Below the pieces are notes generated by a model. That model did not search any database. It was not told the origin of the DNA and was given only the letters and a program-made list of their open reading frames with translations. The position numbers were made by a program, and so were the translations under genes. Positions 24,440-38,100 of a DNA stretch of 64,000 nt are shown here, in pieces. The stretch covers positions 3,720,001 to 3,784,000 of the forward strand of contig OZ024740.1 in assembly GCA_964016885.1 (NCBI GenBank). Reading direction: 5' to 3'. The stretch is from Eledone cirrhosa. Lineage: Eukaryota. Positions within the stretch are counted from its first letter, which is position 1. Each line of letters starts with the position of its first letter.

Positions 24440-24652
24440 CTGAAAATGTCACAGAAATGTGTGATGAAAGAACTCTGATAAATCATATTCATATTTATAC
24501 TTTTAACTGTTGGTCAATCAATGATAAACATTGATTGCCAGCTAAATTATCTATAGAAATATAAAAATATACTGAAGTGAAAACCAAAGAGTGAGTGTGT
24601 TTTACTATATTTTGATAATATTAGGACTGCATGACCCTCCCCAAATATAACT

Positions 24653-24885
24653 TTAATAACAATAATGTTGATAATAGTTTCTGATTTAGGCTCAAGGCCA
24701 ACAATTTGGGGGCAGGGGAAAGTCGATTAAATAAATCCAGTGTATTACTGCTACTTTACTTTAGCAGCACAGTAAGGGTGAAATGCAAAGTTAACCTCAG
24801 CGGGATTTGAACTCAACTCAAAATGTAAAGGGAGGTAATTCTATACTCCAAAGCATCGTGTCCGACGCCCTACCACCACTACTAC
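24653..24885 (-). mobile_element. Degenerate tRNA-derived SINE (Nin/Deu-domain-like)
   Basis: Minus strand gagttcaaatcccgctgaggttaactttgcatttcaccc (B box plus Nin-like motif); (ATT)-like tail near 24653-24677. Family assigned from recall. Confidence 0.6.
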
Positions 24886-24894
24886 AATCCACTG

Positions 24895-25914
24895 CTGTTG
24901 ATAATGATGAGGATTATAGTAATAGTGACTATAGTGATAAGATAGTCATGATGATGATGATGATATTGGTGGTGATAATGGTGATGGTGATGTTGACAGT
25001 GGTGATAGTGGTGATAGTGGTGGTGGTGATGATGGTGGTGGTGGTGGTGATGGTGATGATGGCGATGATGGCGATAATGATAATGGTGATGATGGTGATG
25101 GTGATAGTGATAATGATGATAGTGATGGTGGTGGTGATGGTGATAATGATAATGGTGATGATGGTGATGTGGCGGTGATGCTGGCGATAGTGGTGGTGAT
25201 GGCGATAGTGGTGATGATGGTAGTGGTGATGATGGTGGTGGTGATGGCAATGGTGATGATGGCTATGGTGGTGAGGGTGGTGGTGGTGGTGATAGTGGTG
25301 GTGATGATGGTGGTGGTGGTGATGGTGGTGGTGATGATGGTGGTGGTGATGATGGTAGTGGTGATGATGGTGGTGGTGGTGGTGATGATGGTGGTGGTGG
25401 TGGTGATGATGGTGGTGGTGATGGCGATGTTGGTGGTGGTGGTGATGATGGTGGTGCTGATAGTGATAGTGGTGGTGATGATGGTGGTGGTGATGGTGGT
25501 GGTGGTGATGGCAATGGTGGTGATGATGGTGGTGGTGATGGTGATGGTCGTGATGATGGTGGTGGTGATGGCGATGGTGGTGGTGATGATGATGGTGGTG
25601 GTGATGATGGTGGTGGTGATGATGATGGTGGTGATGATGGTGGTGGTGATGGCGATGGTGGTGGTGGTGGTGGTGGTGGTGATGGCGATGGTGGTGGTGG
25701 TGGTGATGGCGATGGTCCTGGTGATAGTGGTGGTGATGGCGATGGTGGTGATGGTGGTGGTGATGATGGTGGTGGTGATGGTGGTGGTGGTGATGGCAAT
25801 GGTGGTGATGATGGTGGTGGTGATGGTGATGGTCGTGATGATGGTGGTGGTGATGGCGATGGTGGTGGTGGTGATGATGATGGTGGTGGTGATGATGGTG
25901 GTGGTGATGATGAT
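24895..25914. repeat. ~1-kb mixed (GGT)/(GAT) trinucleotide tract
   Basis: Direct; produces the poly-H/T/V/P ORFs in the track. Internal duplication with ~285-bp offset (ggtcgtg at ~25546 and ~25831). Confidence 0.97.
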
Positions 25915-25944
25915 TGCAGATGTGACAGCATTGATCTGACATAC

Positions 25945-25996
25945 CAAAATTTGTGTTATCAATTCTAAAACGACTAACATCAACATATTTACACAT
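25945..25996 (-). CDS. Candidate first coding segment (MCKYVDVSRFRIDNTNF+G) of a small membrane protein
   Basis: ATG at 25996 preceded by in-frame stops; donor GTATGT at 25944-25939; ends in phase 1. Possible acceptor ttcattgttttccattag starting the exon at 26122. Confidence 0.35.
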
Positions 25997-26136
25997 CTGC
26001 TATATTCATCATCAGGTAAATAATATATGAAGCAGAATCAATTCATGATTAATATCCTGTCTTTCCAATAATGTCTTTGTCTTGATAGCATCTCTTTCTG
26101 TCAAAACAGTTGGAACAGTCCACTAATGGAAAACAA

Positions 26137-29100
26137 TGAATACTGCTAGAATTAATATATTTGGGGATTAACACTGTTAGAATGAATATATTTGGGGATT
26201 AATACTGCTAGAATTAATATATTTGGGGTTTAACACTGTTAGAATTAATATATTTGGGGATTAACACTGTTAGAATTAATATATTTGGGGATTAACACTG
26301 TTAGAATTAATATATTTGGGGATTAACACTGTTAGAATTAATATATTTGGGGATTAACACTGTTAGAATTAATATATTTGGGGTTTAACACTACTAGAAT
26401 TAATATATTTGGGGATTAACACTGTTAGAATTAATATATTTGGGGATTAACACTGTTAGAATTAATATATTTGGGGATTAACACTGCTAGAATTAATATA
26501 TTTGGGGTTTAACACTGCTAGAATTAATATATTTGGGGATTAACACTGCTAGAATTAATATATTTGGGGATTAACACTGCTAGAATTAATATATTTGGAG
26601 TTTAACACTGCTAGAATTAATATATTTGTGGATTAACACTGCTAGAATTAATATATTTGGGGATTAACACTGCTAGAATTAATATATTTGGGGTTTAACA
26701 CTGCTAGAATTAATATATTTGGGGATTAACACTGCTAGAATTAATATATTTGGTGTTTAACACTGCTAGAATTAATATATTTGGGGATTAACACTGCTAG
26801 AATTAATATATTTGGGGATTAACACTGCTAGAATTAATATATTTGGGGATTAACACTGCTAGAATTAATATATTTGGGGTTTAACACTGCTAGAATTAAT
26901 ATATTTAGGGTTTAACACTGCTAGAATAAATATATTTGTGGATTAACACTGCTAGAATTAATATATTTAGGGTTTAACACTGCTAGAATTAATATATTTG
27001 GGGATTAACACTGCTAGAATTAATATATTTGGGGTTTAACACTGCTAGAATTAATATATTTGGGGATTAACACTGCTAGAATTAATATATTTGGTGTTTA
27101 ACACTGCTAGAATTAATATATTTGGGGATTAACACTGCTAGAATTAATATATTTGGGGATTAACACTGCTAGAATTAATATATTTGGGGTTTAACACTGC
27201 TAGAATTAATATATTTGGGGATTAACACTGCTAGAATTAATATATTTGGTGTTTAACACTGCTAGAATTAATATATTTGGGGATTAACACTGCTAGAATT
27301 AATATATTTGGGGATTAACACTGCTAGAATTAATATATTTGGGGTTTAACACTGCTAGAATTAATATATTTGGGGATTAACACTGCTAGAATTAATATAT
27401 TTGGTGTTTAACACTGCTAGAATTAATATATTTGGGGATTAACACTGCTAGAATTAATATATTTGGGGATTAACACTGCTAGAATTAATATATTTGGGGA
27501 TTAACACTGCTAGAATTAATATATTTGGGGTTTAACACTGCTAGAATTAATATATTTAGGGTTTAACACTGCTAGAATAAATATATTTGTGGATTAACAC
27601 TGCTAGAATTAATATATTTAGGGTTTAACACTGCTAGAATTAATATATTTGGGGATTAACACTGCTAGAATTAATATATTTGGGGTTTAACACTGCTAGA
27701 ATTAATATATTTGGCGATTAACACTGCTAGAATTAATATATTTCGCGATTAACACTGCTAGAATTATATATATTTGGGGTTTAACACTGCTAGAATTAAT
27801 ATATTTGGGGTTTAACACTGCTAGAATTAATATATTTGGCGATTAACACTGCTAGAATTAATATATTTGGGGAGTAACACTGCTAGAATTAATATATTTG
27901 GGGTTTAACACTGCTAGAATTAATATATTTGGGGTTAAACGCTGCTAGAATTAATATATTTGTGGATTAACACTGCTAGAATTAATATATTTGGGGATTA
28001 ACACTGCTAGAATTAATATATTTGGGGATTAACACTGCTAGAATTAATATATTTAGGGTTTAACATTGCTAGAATTAATATATTTGGGGATTAACACTGC
28101 TAGAATTAATGTATTTGGGGATTAACACTGCTAGAATTAATATATTTGGGGATTAACACTGCTAGAATTAATATATTTGGGGTTTAACACTGATAGAATT
28201 AATATATTTGGGGTTTAACACTGCTAGAATTAATACATTTGGGGATTAACACTGTTAGAATTAATATATTTTGGGATTAACACTGCTAGAATTAATATAT
28301 TTGGGGATTAAAACTGCTAGAATTAATATATTTGGGGTTTAACACTGCTAGGATTAATATATTTGAGGATTAAAACTGCTAGAATTAATATATTTTGGGA
28401 TTAACACTGGTAGAATTAATATATTTTGGGTTTAACACTGCTAGAATTAACATATTTGGGGATTAATACTGTTAGAATTAATATATTTGGGGATTAACAC
28501 TGCTAGAATTAATATATTTTGGGATTAACACTGCTAGAATTGATATATTTAGGGTTTAACACTGCTAGAATTAATATATTTGGGGATTAACACTGCTAGA
28601 ATTAATATATTTGGGGATTAACGCTGCTGGAATTAATATATTTGGAGATTAACGCTGCTAAAATTAATATATTTGGGGATTAACACTGCTAGAATTAATA
28701 TATTTTGGGATTAACACTGCTAGAATTAATATATTTTGGGGTTAACACTGCTAGAATTAATATATTTGGGGATTAACACTGCTATAATAAAAATATTTAG
28801 GGGTTAACACTGCTAGAATTGATATATTTGGGGTTGAACCCTGCTAGAATTAATATATTTGGGGATTAACACTGCTAGAGTTAATATATTTGGGGTTTAA
28901 CACTGCTAGAATTAATATATTTGGTGATTAACAGTGCTAGAATTAATATATTTTGGGATTAACACTGCTAGAATTAATATATTTGGGGATTAACACTGCT
29001 AGAATTAATATATTTGGGGATTAATACTGCTAGAATTAATATATTTTGGGATTAACACTGCTAGAATTAATATATTTGGGATTTAACACTGCTAGAATTA

Positions 29101-32100
29101 ATATATTTGGGGATTAACACTGCTAGAATTAACATATTAGGGGATTAACACTGCTAGAATTAATATATTTGGGGATTAACACTGCTAGAATTAATATATT
29201 TGGGGTTTAACACTGCTAGAATTAATATATTAGGGGATTAACACTGCTAGAATTAATATATTTGGGGATTAGCACTGCTAGAATTAATATATTTGGGGTT
29301 TAACACTGCTAGAATTAATATATTTGGGGATTAACACTGCTAGAATTAATATATGGGGTTTAGCACTGCTAGAATTAATATATTTGGGGATTAACACTGC
29401 TAGAATTAATATATTTGGGGATTAACACTACTAGAATTAATATATTTGGGGTTTAACACTGCTAGAATTAATATATTTGGGGTTTAACACTGCTAGAATT
29501 AATATATTTGGGGATTAACACTGCTAGAATTAATATATTTGGGGATTAACACTGCTAGTATTAATATATTTGGGCGTTAACACTGCTAGAATTAATATAT
29601 TTGGGGTTTAACACTGCTAAAATTAATATATTTGGGGATTAACACTGTTAGAATTAATATATTTAGTGTTTAACACTGCTAGAATTAATATATTTGGGGA
29701 TTAACACTGCCATAATAAAAATATTTAGGGTTTAACACTGCTAGAATTAATATATTTGGGGATTAACACTGCTAGAACTAATATATTTGGGGATTAACAC
29801 TGCTAGAATTAATATATTTGGCGTTTAACGCTGCTAGAATTAATATATTTGGGGATTAACACTGACAGAATTAATATATTTGGGGATTAACACTGCTCGA
29901 ATTAATATATTTGGGGATTAACACTGCTGGAATTAATATATTTGGCGATTAACACTGCTAGAATTAATATATTTGGCGATTAACACTGCTAGAATTATAT
30001 ATATTTGGGGTTTAATACTGCTAGAATTAATATGTTTGGGGTTTAACACTTCTAGAATTAATATATTTGGCGATTAACACTGCTAGAATTAATATATTTG
30101 GGGAGTAACACTGCTAGAATTAATATATTTGGGGTTTAACACTGCTAGAATTAATATATTTGGTGTTAAACGCTGCTAGAATTAATATATTTGTGGATTA
30201 ACACTGCTAGAATTAATATATTTGGGGATTAACACTGCTAGAATTAATATATTTGGGGATTAACACTGCTAGAATTAATATATTTAGGGTTTAACATTGC
30301 TAGAATTAATATATTTGGGGATTAACACTGCTAGAATTAATGTATTTGGGGATTAACACTGCTAGAATTAATATATTTGGGGATTAACACTGCTAGAATT
30401 AATATATTTGGGGTTTAACACTGCTAGAATTAATATATTTGGGGTTTAACACTGCTAGAATTAATACATTTGGGGATTAACACTGTTAGAATTAATATAT
30501 TTTGGGATTAACACTGCTAGAATTAATATAATTGGGGATTAACACTGCTAGAATTAATATATTTGGGGTTTAACACTGCTAGGATTAATACATTTTGGGT
30601 TTAACACTGCTAGAATTAACATATTTGGGGATTAATACTGTTAGAATTAATATATTTGGGGATTAACACTGCTAGAATTAATATATTTGAGGATTAACAC
30701 TGCTAGAATTAATATATTTGGGGATTAACGCTGCTAGAATTAATATATTTGGGGATTAACACTTCTCAAATTAATATATTTGGGGTAACACTGCTGGAAT
30801 TAATATATTTGGAGGTTAACACTGCTAGAATTAATATATTTGGGGATTAACACTGCTAGAATTAATATATTTTGGGATTAACACTGCTAGAATTAATATA
30901 TTTAGGGTTTAACACTACTAGAATTAATATATTTGGGGATTAACACTGCTAGAATTAATATATTTGGGGATTAACGCTGCTGGAATTAATATATTTGGAG
31001 ATTAACGCTGCTAAAATTAATATATTTGGGGATTAACACTGCTAGAATTAATATATTTTGGGATTAACACTGCTAGAATTAATATATTTTGGGTTTAACA
31101 CTGCTAGAATTAACATATTTGGGGATTAACACTGCTATAATTAAAATATTTAGGGGTTAACACTGCTAGAATTGATATATTTGGGGTTGAACCCTGCTAG
31201 AATTAATATATTTGGGGATTAACACTGCTAGAATTAATATATTTGGGGATTAATACTGCTAGAATTAATATATTTTGGGATTAACAGTGCTAGAATTAAT
31301 ATATTTGGGATTTAACACTGCTAGAATTAATATATTTGGGGATTAACACTGCTAGAATTAACATATTAGGGGATTAACACTGCTAGAATTAATATATTTG
31401 GGGATTAACACTGCTAAAATTAATATATTTGGTGTGTAACACTGCTAAAATTAATATATTTGGGGATTAACACTGGTAGAATTAATATATTTGGGGTTTA
31501 ACATTGCTAGAATTAATATATTTGGGGTTTAACACTGCTAGAATTAATATATTTGGGGTTTAACACTGCTAGAATTAATATATTAGGGGATTAACATGGC
31601 TAGAATTAATATATTTGGGAATTAACACTGCTAGAATTAATATATTTGGGGTTTAACACTGCTAGAATTAATATATTTGGGGATTAACACTGCTAGAATT
31701 AACATATTAGGGGATTAACACTGCTAGAATTAATATATTTGGGGATTAACACTGCTAGAATTAATATATTTGGGGTTTAACACTGCTAGAATTAATATAT
31801 TAGGGGATTAACACTGCTAGAATTAATATATTTGGGGATTAGCACTGCTAGAATTAATATATTTGGGGTTTAACACTGCTAGAATTAATATATTTGGGGA
31901 TTAACACTGCTAGAATTAATATATGGGGTTTAGCACTGCTAGAATTAATATATTTGGGGATTAACACTGCTAGAATTAATATATTTGGGGATTAACACTA
32001 CTAGAATTAATATATTTGGGGTTTAACACTGCTAGAATTAATATATTTGGGGTTTAACACTGCTAGAATTAATATATTTGGGGATTAACACTGCTAGAAT

Positions 32101-35100
32101 TAATATATTTGGGGATTAACACTGCTAGTATTAATATATTTGGGCGTTAACACTGCTAGAATTAATATATTTGGGGTTTAACACTGCTAAAATTAATATA
32201 TTTGGGGATTAACACTGTTAGAATTAATATATTTAGTGTTTAACACTGCTAGAATTAATATATTTGGGGATTAACACTGCCATAATAAAAATATTTAGGG
32301 TTTAACACTGCTAGAATTAATATATTTGGGGATTAACACTGCTAGAACTAATATATTTGGGGATTAACACTGCTAGAATTAATATATTTGGCGTTTAACG
32401 CTGCTAGAATTAATATATTTGGGGATTAACACTGACAGAATTAATATATTTGGGGATTAACACTGCTCGAATTAATATATTTGGGGATTAACACTGCTGG
32501 AATTAATATATTTGGCGATTAACACTGCTAGAATTATATATATTTGGGGTTTAATACTGCTAGAATTAATATGTTTGGGGTTTAACACTTCTAGAATTAA
32601 TATATTTGGCGATTAACACTGCTAGAATTAATATATTTGGGGAGTAACACTGCTAGAATTAATATATTTGGGGTTTAACACTGCTAGAATTAATATATTT
32701 GGTGTTAAACGCTGCTAGAATTAATATATTTGTGGATTAACACTGCTAGAATTAATATATTTGGGGATTAACACTGCTAGAATTAATATATTTGGGGATT
32801 AACACTGCTAGAATTAATATATTTAGGGTTTAACATTGCTAGAATTAATATATTTGGGGATTAACACTGCTAGAATTAATGTATTTGGGGATTAACACTG
32901 CTAGAATTAATATATTTGGGGATTAACACTGCTAGAATTAATATATTTGGGGTTTAACACTGCTAGAATTAATATATTTGGGGTTTAACACTGCTAGAAT
33001 TAATACATTTGGGGATTAACACTGTTAGAATTAATATATTTTGGGATTAACACTGCTAGAATTAATATAATTGGGGATTAACACTGCTAGAATTAATATA
33101 TTTGGGGTTTAACACTGCTAGGATTAATATATTTTGGGTTTAACACTGCTAGAATTAACATATTTGGGGATTAATACTGTTAGAATTAATATATTTGGGG
33201 ATTAACACTGCTAGAATTAATATATTTGAGGATTAACACTGCTAGAATTAATATATTTGGGGATTAACGCTGCTAGAATTAATATATTTGGGGATTAACA
33301 CTTCTCAAATTAATATATTTGGGGTAACACTGCTGGAATTAATATATTTGGAGGTTAACACTGCTAGAATTAATATATTTGGGGATTAACACTGCTAGAA
33401 TTAATATATTTTGGGATTAACACTGCTAGAATTAATATATTTAGGGTTTAACACTACTAGAATTAATATATTTGGGGATTAACACTGCTAGAATTAATAT
33501 ATTTGCGGATTAACGCTGCTGGAATTAATATATTTGGAGATTAACGCTGCTAAAATTAATATATTTGGGGATTAACACTGCTAGAATTAATATATTTTGG
33601 GATTAACACTGCTAGAATTAATATATTTTGGGTTTAACACTGCTAGAATTAACATATTTGGGGATTAACACTGCTATAATTAAAATATTTAGGGGTTAAC
33701 ACTGCTAGAATTGATATATTTGGGGTTGAACCCTGCTAGAATTAATATATTTGGTGATTAACACTGCTAGAATTAATATATTTGGGGATTAATACTGCTA
33801 GAATTAATATATTTTGGGATTAACACTGCTAGAATTAATATATTTGGGATTTAACACTGCTATAATTAATATATTTGGGGATTAACACTGCTAGAATTAA
33901 CATATTAGGGGATTAACACTGCTAGAATGAATATATTTGGGGATTAACACTGCTAAAATTAATATATTTGGTGTGTAACACTGCTAGAATTAATATATTT
34001 GGGGATTAACACTGGTAGAATTAATATATTTGGGGTTTAACACTGCTAGAATTAATATATTTGGGGTTTAACACTGCTAGAATTAATATATTAGGGGATT
34101 AACATGGCTAGAATTAATATATTTGGGAATTAACACTGCTAGAATTAATATATTTGGGGTTTAACACTGCTAGAATTAATATATTTGGGGATTAAAACTG
34201 CTAGAATTAATATATGGGGTTTAGCCCTGCTAGAATTAATATATTTGGGGATTAACACTGCTAGAATTAATATATTTGGGGTTTAACACTGCTAGAATTA
34301 ATATATTTGGGGTTTAACACTGCTAGAATTAATATATTTGGGGATTAACACTACTAGAATTAATATATTTGGGGATTAACACTGCTAGTATTAATATATT
34401 TGTGGTTTAACACTGCTAGAATTAATATATTTGGGGATTAACACTGTTAGAATTAATATATTTAGTGTTTAACACTGCTAGAATTAATATATTTGGAGAT
34501 TAACACTGCCATAATAAAAATATTTAGGGTTTAACACTGCTAGAATTAATATATTTGGGGATTAACACTGCTAGAATTAATATATTTGGGGTTTAACACT
34601 GCTAGAATTAATATATTTGGGGTTTAACACTGCTAGAATTAATATATTTGGGGATTAACACTGCCATAATAAAAATATTTAGTGTTTAACACTGCTAGAA
34701 TTAATATATTTGGGGATTAACACTGCCATAATAAAAATATTTAGGGTTTAACACTGCTAGAATTAATATATTTGGGGATTAACACTGCTAGAACTAATAT
34801 ATTTGGGGATTAAAACTGCTAGAATTAATATATTTGGCGTTTAACGCTGCTAGAATTAATATATTTGGGGATTAACACTGACAGAATTAATATATTTGGG
34901 GATTAACACTGCTCGAATTAATATATTTGGGGATTAACACTGCTGGAATTAATATATTTGGCGATTAACACTGCTAGAATTAATATATTTGGCGATTAAC
35001 ACTGCTAGAATTATATATATTTGGGGTTTAATACTGCTAGAATTAATATGTTTGGGGTTTAACACTTCTAGAATTAATATATTTGGCGATTAACACTGCT

Positions 35101-38100
35101 AGAATTAATATATTTGGGGAGTAACACTGCTAGAATTATATATATTTGGGGTTTAATACTGCTAGAATTAATATATTTGGGGTTTATCACTGCTAGAATT
35201 AATATATTTGTGGATTAACACTGCTAGAATTGATATATTTGGGGATTAACACTGCTAGAATTAATATATTTGGGGATTAACACTGCTAGAATTAATATAT
35301 TTAGGGTTTAACATTGCTAGAATTAATATATTTGGGGATTAACACTGCTAGAATTAATGTATTTGGGGATTAACACTGCTAGAATTAATATATTTGGGGA
35401 TTAACACTGCTAGAATTAATATATTTGGGGTTTAACACTGCTAGAATTAATATATTTGGGGTTTAACACTGCTAGAATTAATACATTTGGGGATTAACAC
35501 TGTTAGAATTAATATATTTTGGGATTAACGCTGCTAGAATTAATATAATTGGGGATTAACACTGCTAGAATTAATATATTTGGGGTTTAACACTGCTAGA
35601 ATTAACATATTTGGGGATTAATACTGTTAGAATTAATATATTTGGGGATTAACACTGCTAGAATTAATATATTTGAGGATTAACACTGCTAGAATTAATA
35701 TATTTGGGGATTAACGCTGCTAGAATTAATATATTTGGGGATTAACACTTCTCAAATTAATATATTTGGGGTAACACTGCTGGAATTAATATATTTGGAG
35801 GTTAACACTGCTAGAATTAATATATTTGGGGATTAACACTGCTAGAATTAATATATTTTGGGATTAACACTGCTAGAATTAATATATTTAGGGTTTAACA
35901 CTACTAGAATTAATATATTTGGGGATTAACACTGCTAGAATTAATATATTTGGGGATTAACGCTGCTGGAATTAATATATTTGGAGATTAACGCTGCTAA
36001 AATTAATATATTTGGGGATTAACACTGCTAGAATTAATATATTTTGGGATTAACACTGCTAGAATTAATATATTTTGGGTTTAACACTGCTAGAATTAAC
36101 ATATTTGGGGATTAACACTGCTATAATTAAAATATTTAGGGGTTAACACTGCTAGAATTGATATATTTGGGGTTGAACCCTGCTAGAATTAATATATTTG
36201 GGGATTAACACTGCTAGAATTAATATATTTGGGGATTAATACTGCTAGAATTAATATATTTTGGGATTAACACTGCTAGAATTAACATATTTGGGATTTA
36301 ACACTGCTAGAATTAATATATTTGGGGATTAACACTGCTAGAAGTAACATATTAGGGGATTAACACTGCTAGAATTAATATATTTGGGGATTAACACTGC
36401 TAAAATTAATATATTTGGTGTGTAACACTGCTAGAATTAATATATTTGGGGATTAACACTGGTAGAATTAATATATTTGGGGTTTAACATTGCTAGAATT
36501 AATATATTTGGGGTTTAACACTGCTAGAATTAATATATTTGGGGTTTAACACTGCTAGAATTAATATATTAGGGGATTAACATGGCTAGAATTAATATAT
36601 TTGGGGATTAACACTGCTAGAATTAATATATTTGGGGTTTAACACTGCTAGAATTAATATATTTGGGGATTAAAACTGCTAGAATTAATATATGGGGTTT
36701 AGCACTGCTAGAATTAATATATTTGGGGATTAACACTGCTAGAATTAATATATTTGGGGTTTAACACTGCTAGAATTAATATATTTGGGGTTTAACACTG
36801 CTAGAATTAATATATTTGGGGATTAACACTACTAGAATTAATATATTTGGGGATTAACACTGCTAGTATTAATATATTTGTGGTTTAACACTGCTAGAAT
36901 TAATATATTTGGGGATTAACACTGTTAGAATTAATATATTTAGTGTTTAACACTGCTAGAATTAATATATTTGGGGATTAACACTGCTAGAATTAATATA
37001 TTTTGGGTTTAAGATTGCTAGAATTAATATATTTGGGGTTTAACACTGCTAGAATTAATATATTTGGGGTTTAACACTGCTAGAATTAATATATTTGGGG
37101 TTTAACACTGCTAGAATTAATATATTTGGGGATTAACACTGCTAGAATTAATATATTTGGGGATTAACACTGCTAGTATTAATATATTTGGGGTTTAACA
37201 CTGCTAGAATTAATATATTTGGGGTTTAACACTGCTAGAATTAATATATTTGGGGATTAACACTGTTAGAATTAATATATTTAGTGTTTAACACTGCTAG
37301 AATTAATATATTTGGGGATTAACACTGCCATAATAAAAATATTTAGGGTTTAACACTGCTAGAATTAATATATTTAGGGTTTAACATTGCTAGAATTAAT
37401 ATATTTGGGGATTAACACTGCTAGAATTAATGTATTTGGGGATTAACACTGCTAGAATTAATATATTTGGGGATTAACACTGCTAAAATTAATATATTTG
37501 GGGTTTAACACTGCTAGAATTAATATATTTTGGGATTAACACTGCTAGAATTAACATATTTGGGATTTAACACTGCTAGAATTAATATATTTGGGGATTA
37601 ACACTGCTAGAAGTAACATATTAGGGGATTAACACTGCTAGAATTAATATATTTGGGGATTAACACTGCTAAAATTAATATATTTGGTGTGTAACACTGC
37701 TAGAATTAATATATTTGGGGATTAACACTGGTAGAATTAATATATTTGGGGTTTAACATTGCTAGAATTAATATATTTGGGGTTTAACACTGCTAGAATT
37801 AATATATTTGGGGTTTAACACTGCTAGAATTAATATATTTGGGGATTAACACTTCTCAAATTAATATATTTGGGGTAACACTGCTAGAATTAATGTATTT
37901 GGGGATTAACACTGCTAGAATTAATATATTTGGGGATTAACACTGCTAGAATTAATATATTTGGGGATTAATACTGCTAGAATTAATATATTTTGGGATT
38001 AACACTGCTAGAATTAACATATTTGGGATTTAACACTGCTAGAATTAATATATTTGGGGATTAACACTGCTAGAAGTAACATATTAGGGGATTAACACTG

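Noticed and set aside
24807-25986. Poly-V/M, poly-T/I and poly-P/S ORFs
   Set aside because: Overlapping ORFs in many frames are expected from a GGT/GAT triplet tract.
26020-26097. Selenocysteine read-through of a TGA in an alternative minus frame
   Set aside because: No SECIS recognised, and that frame's phase hits a stop in the next exon.
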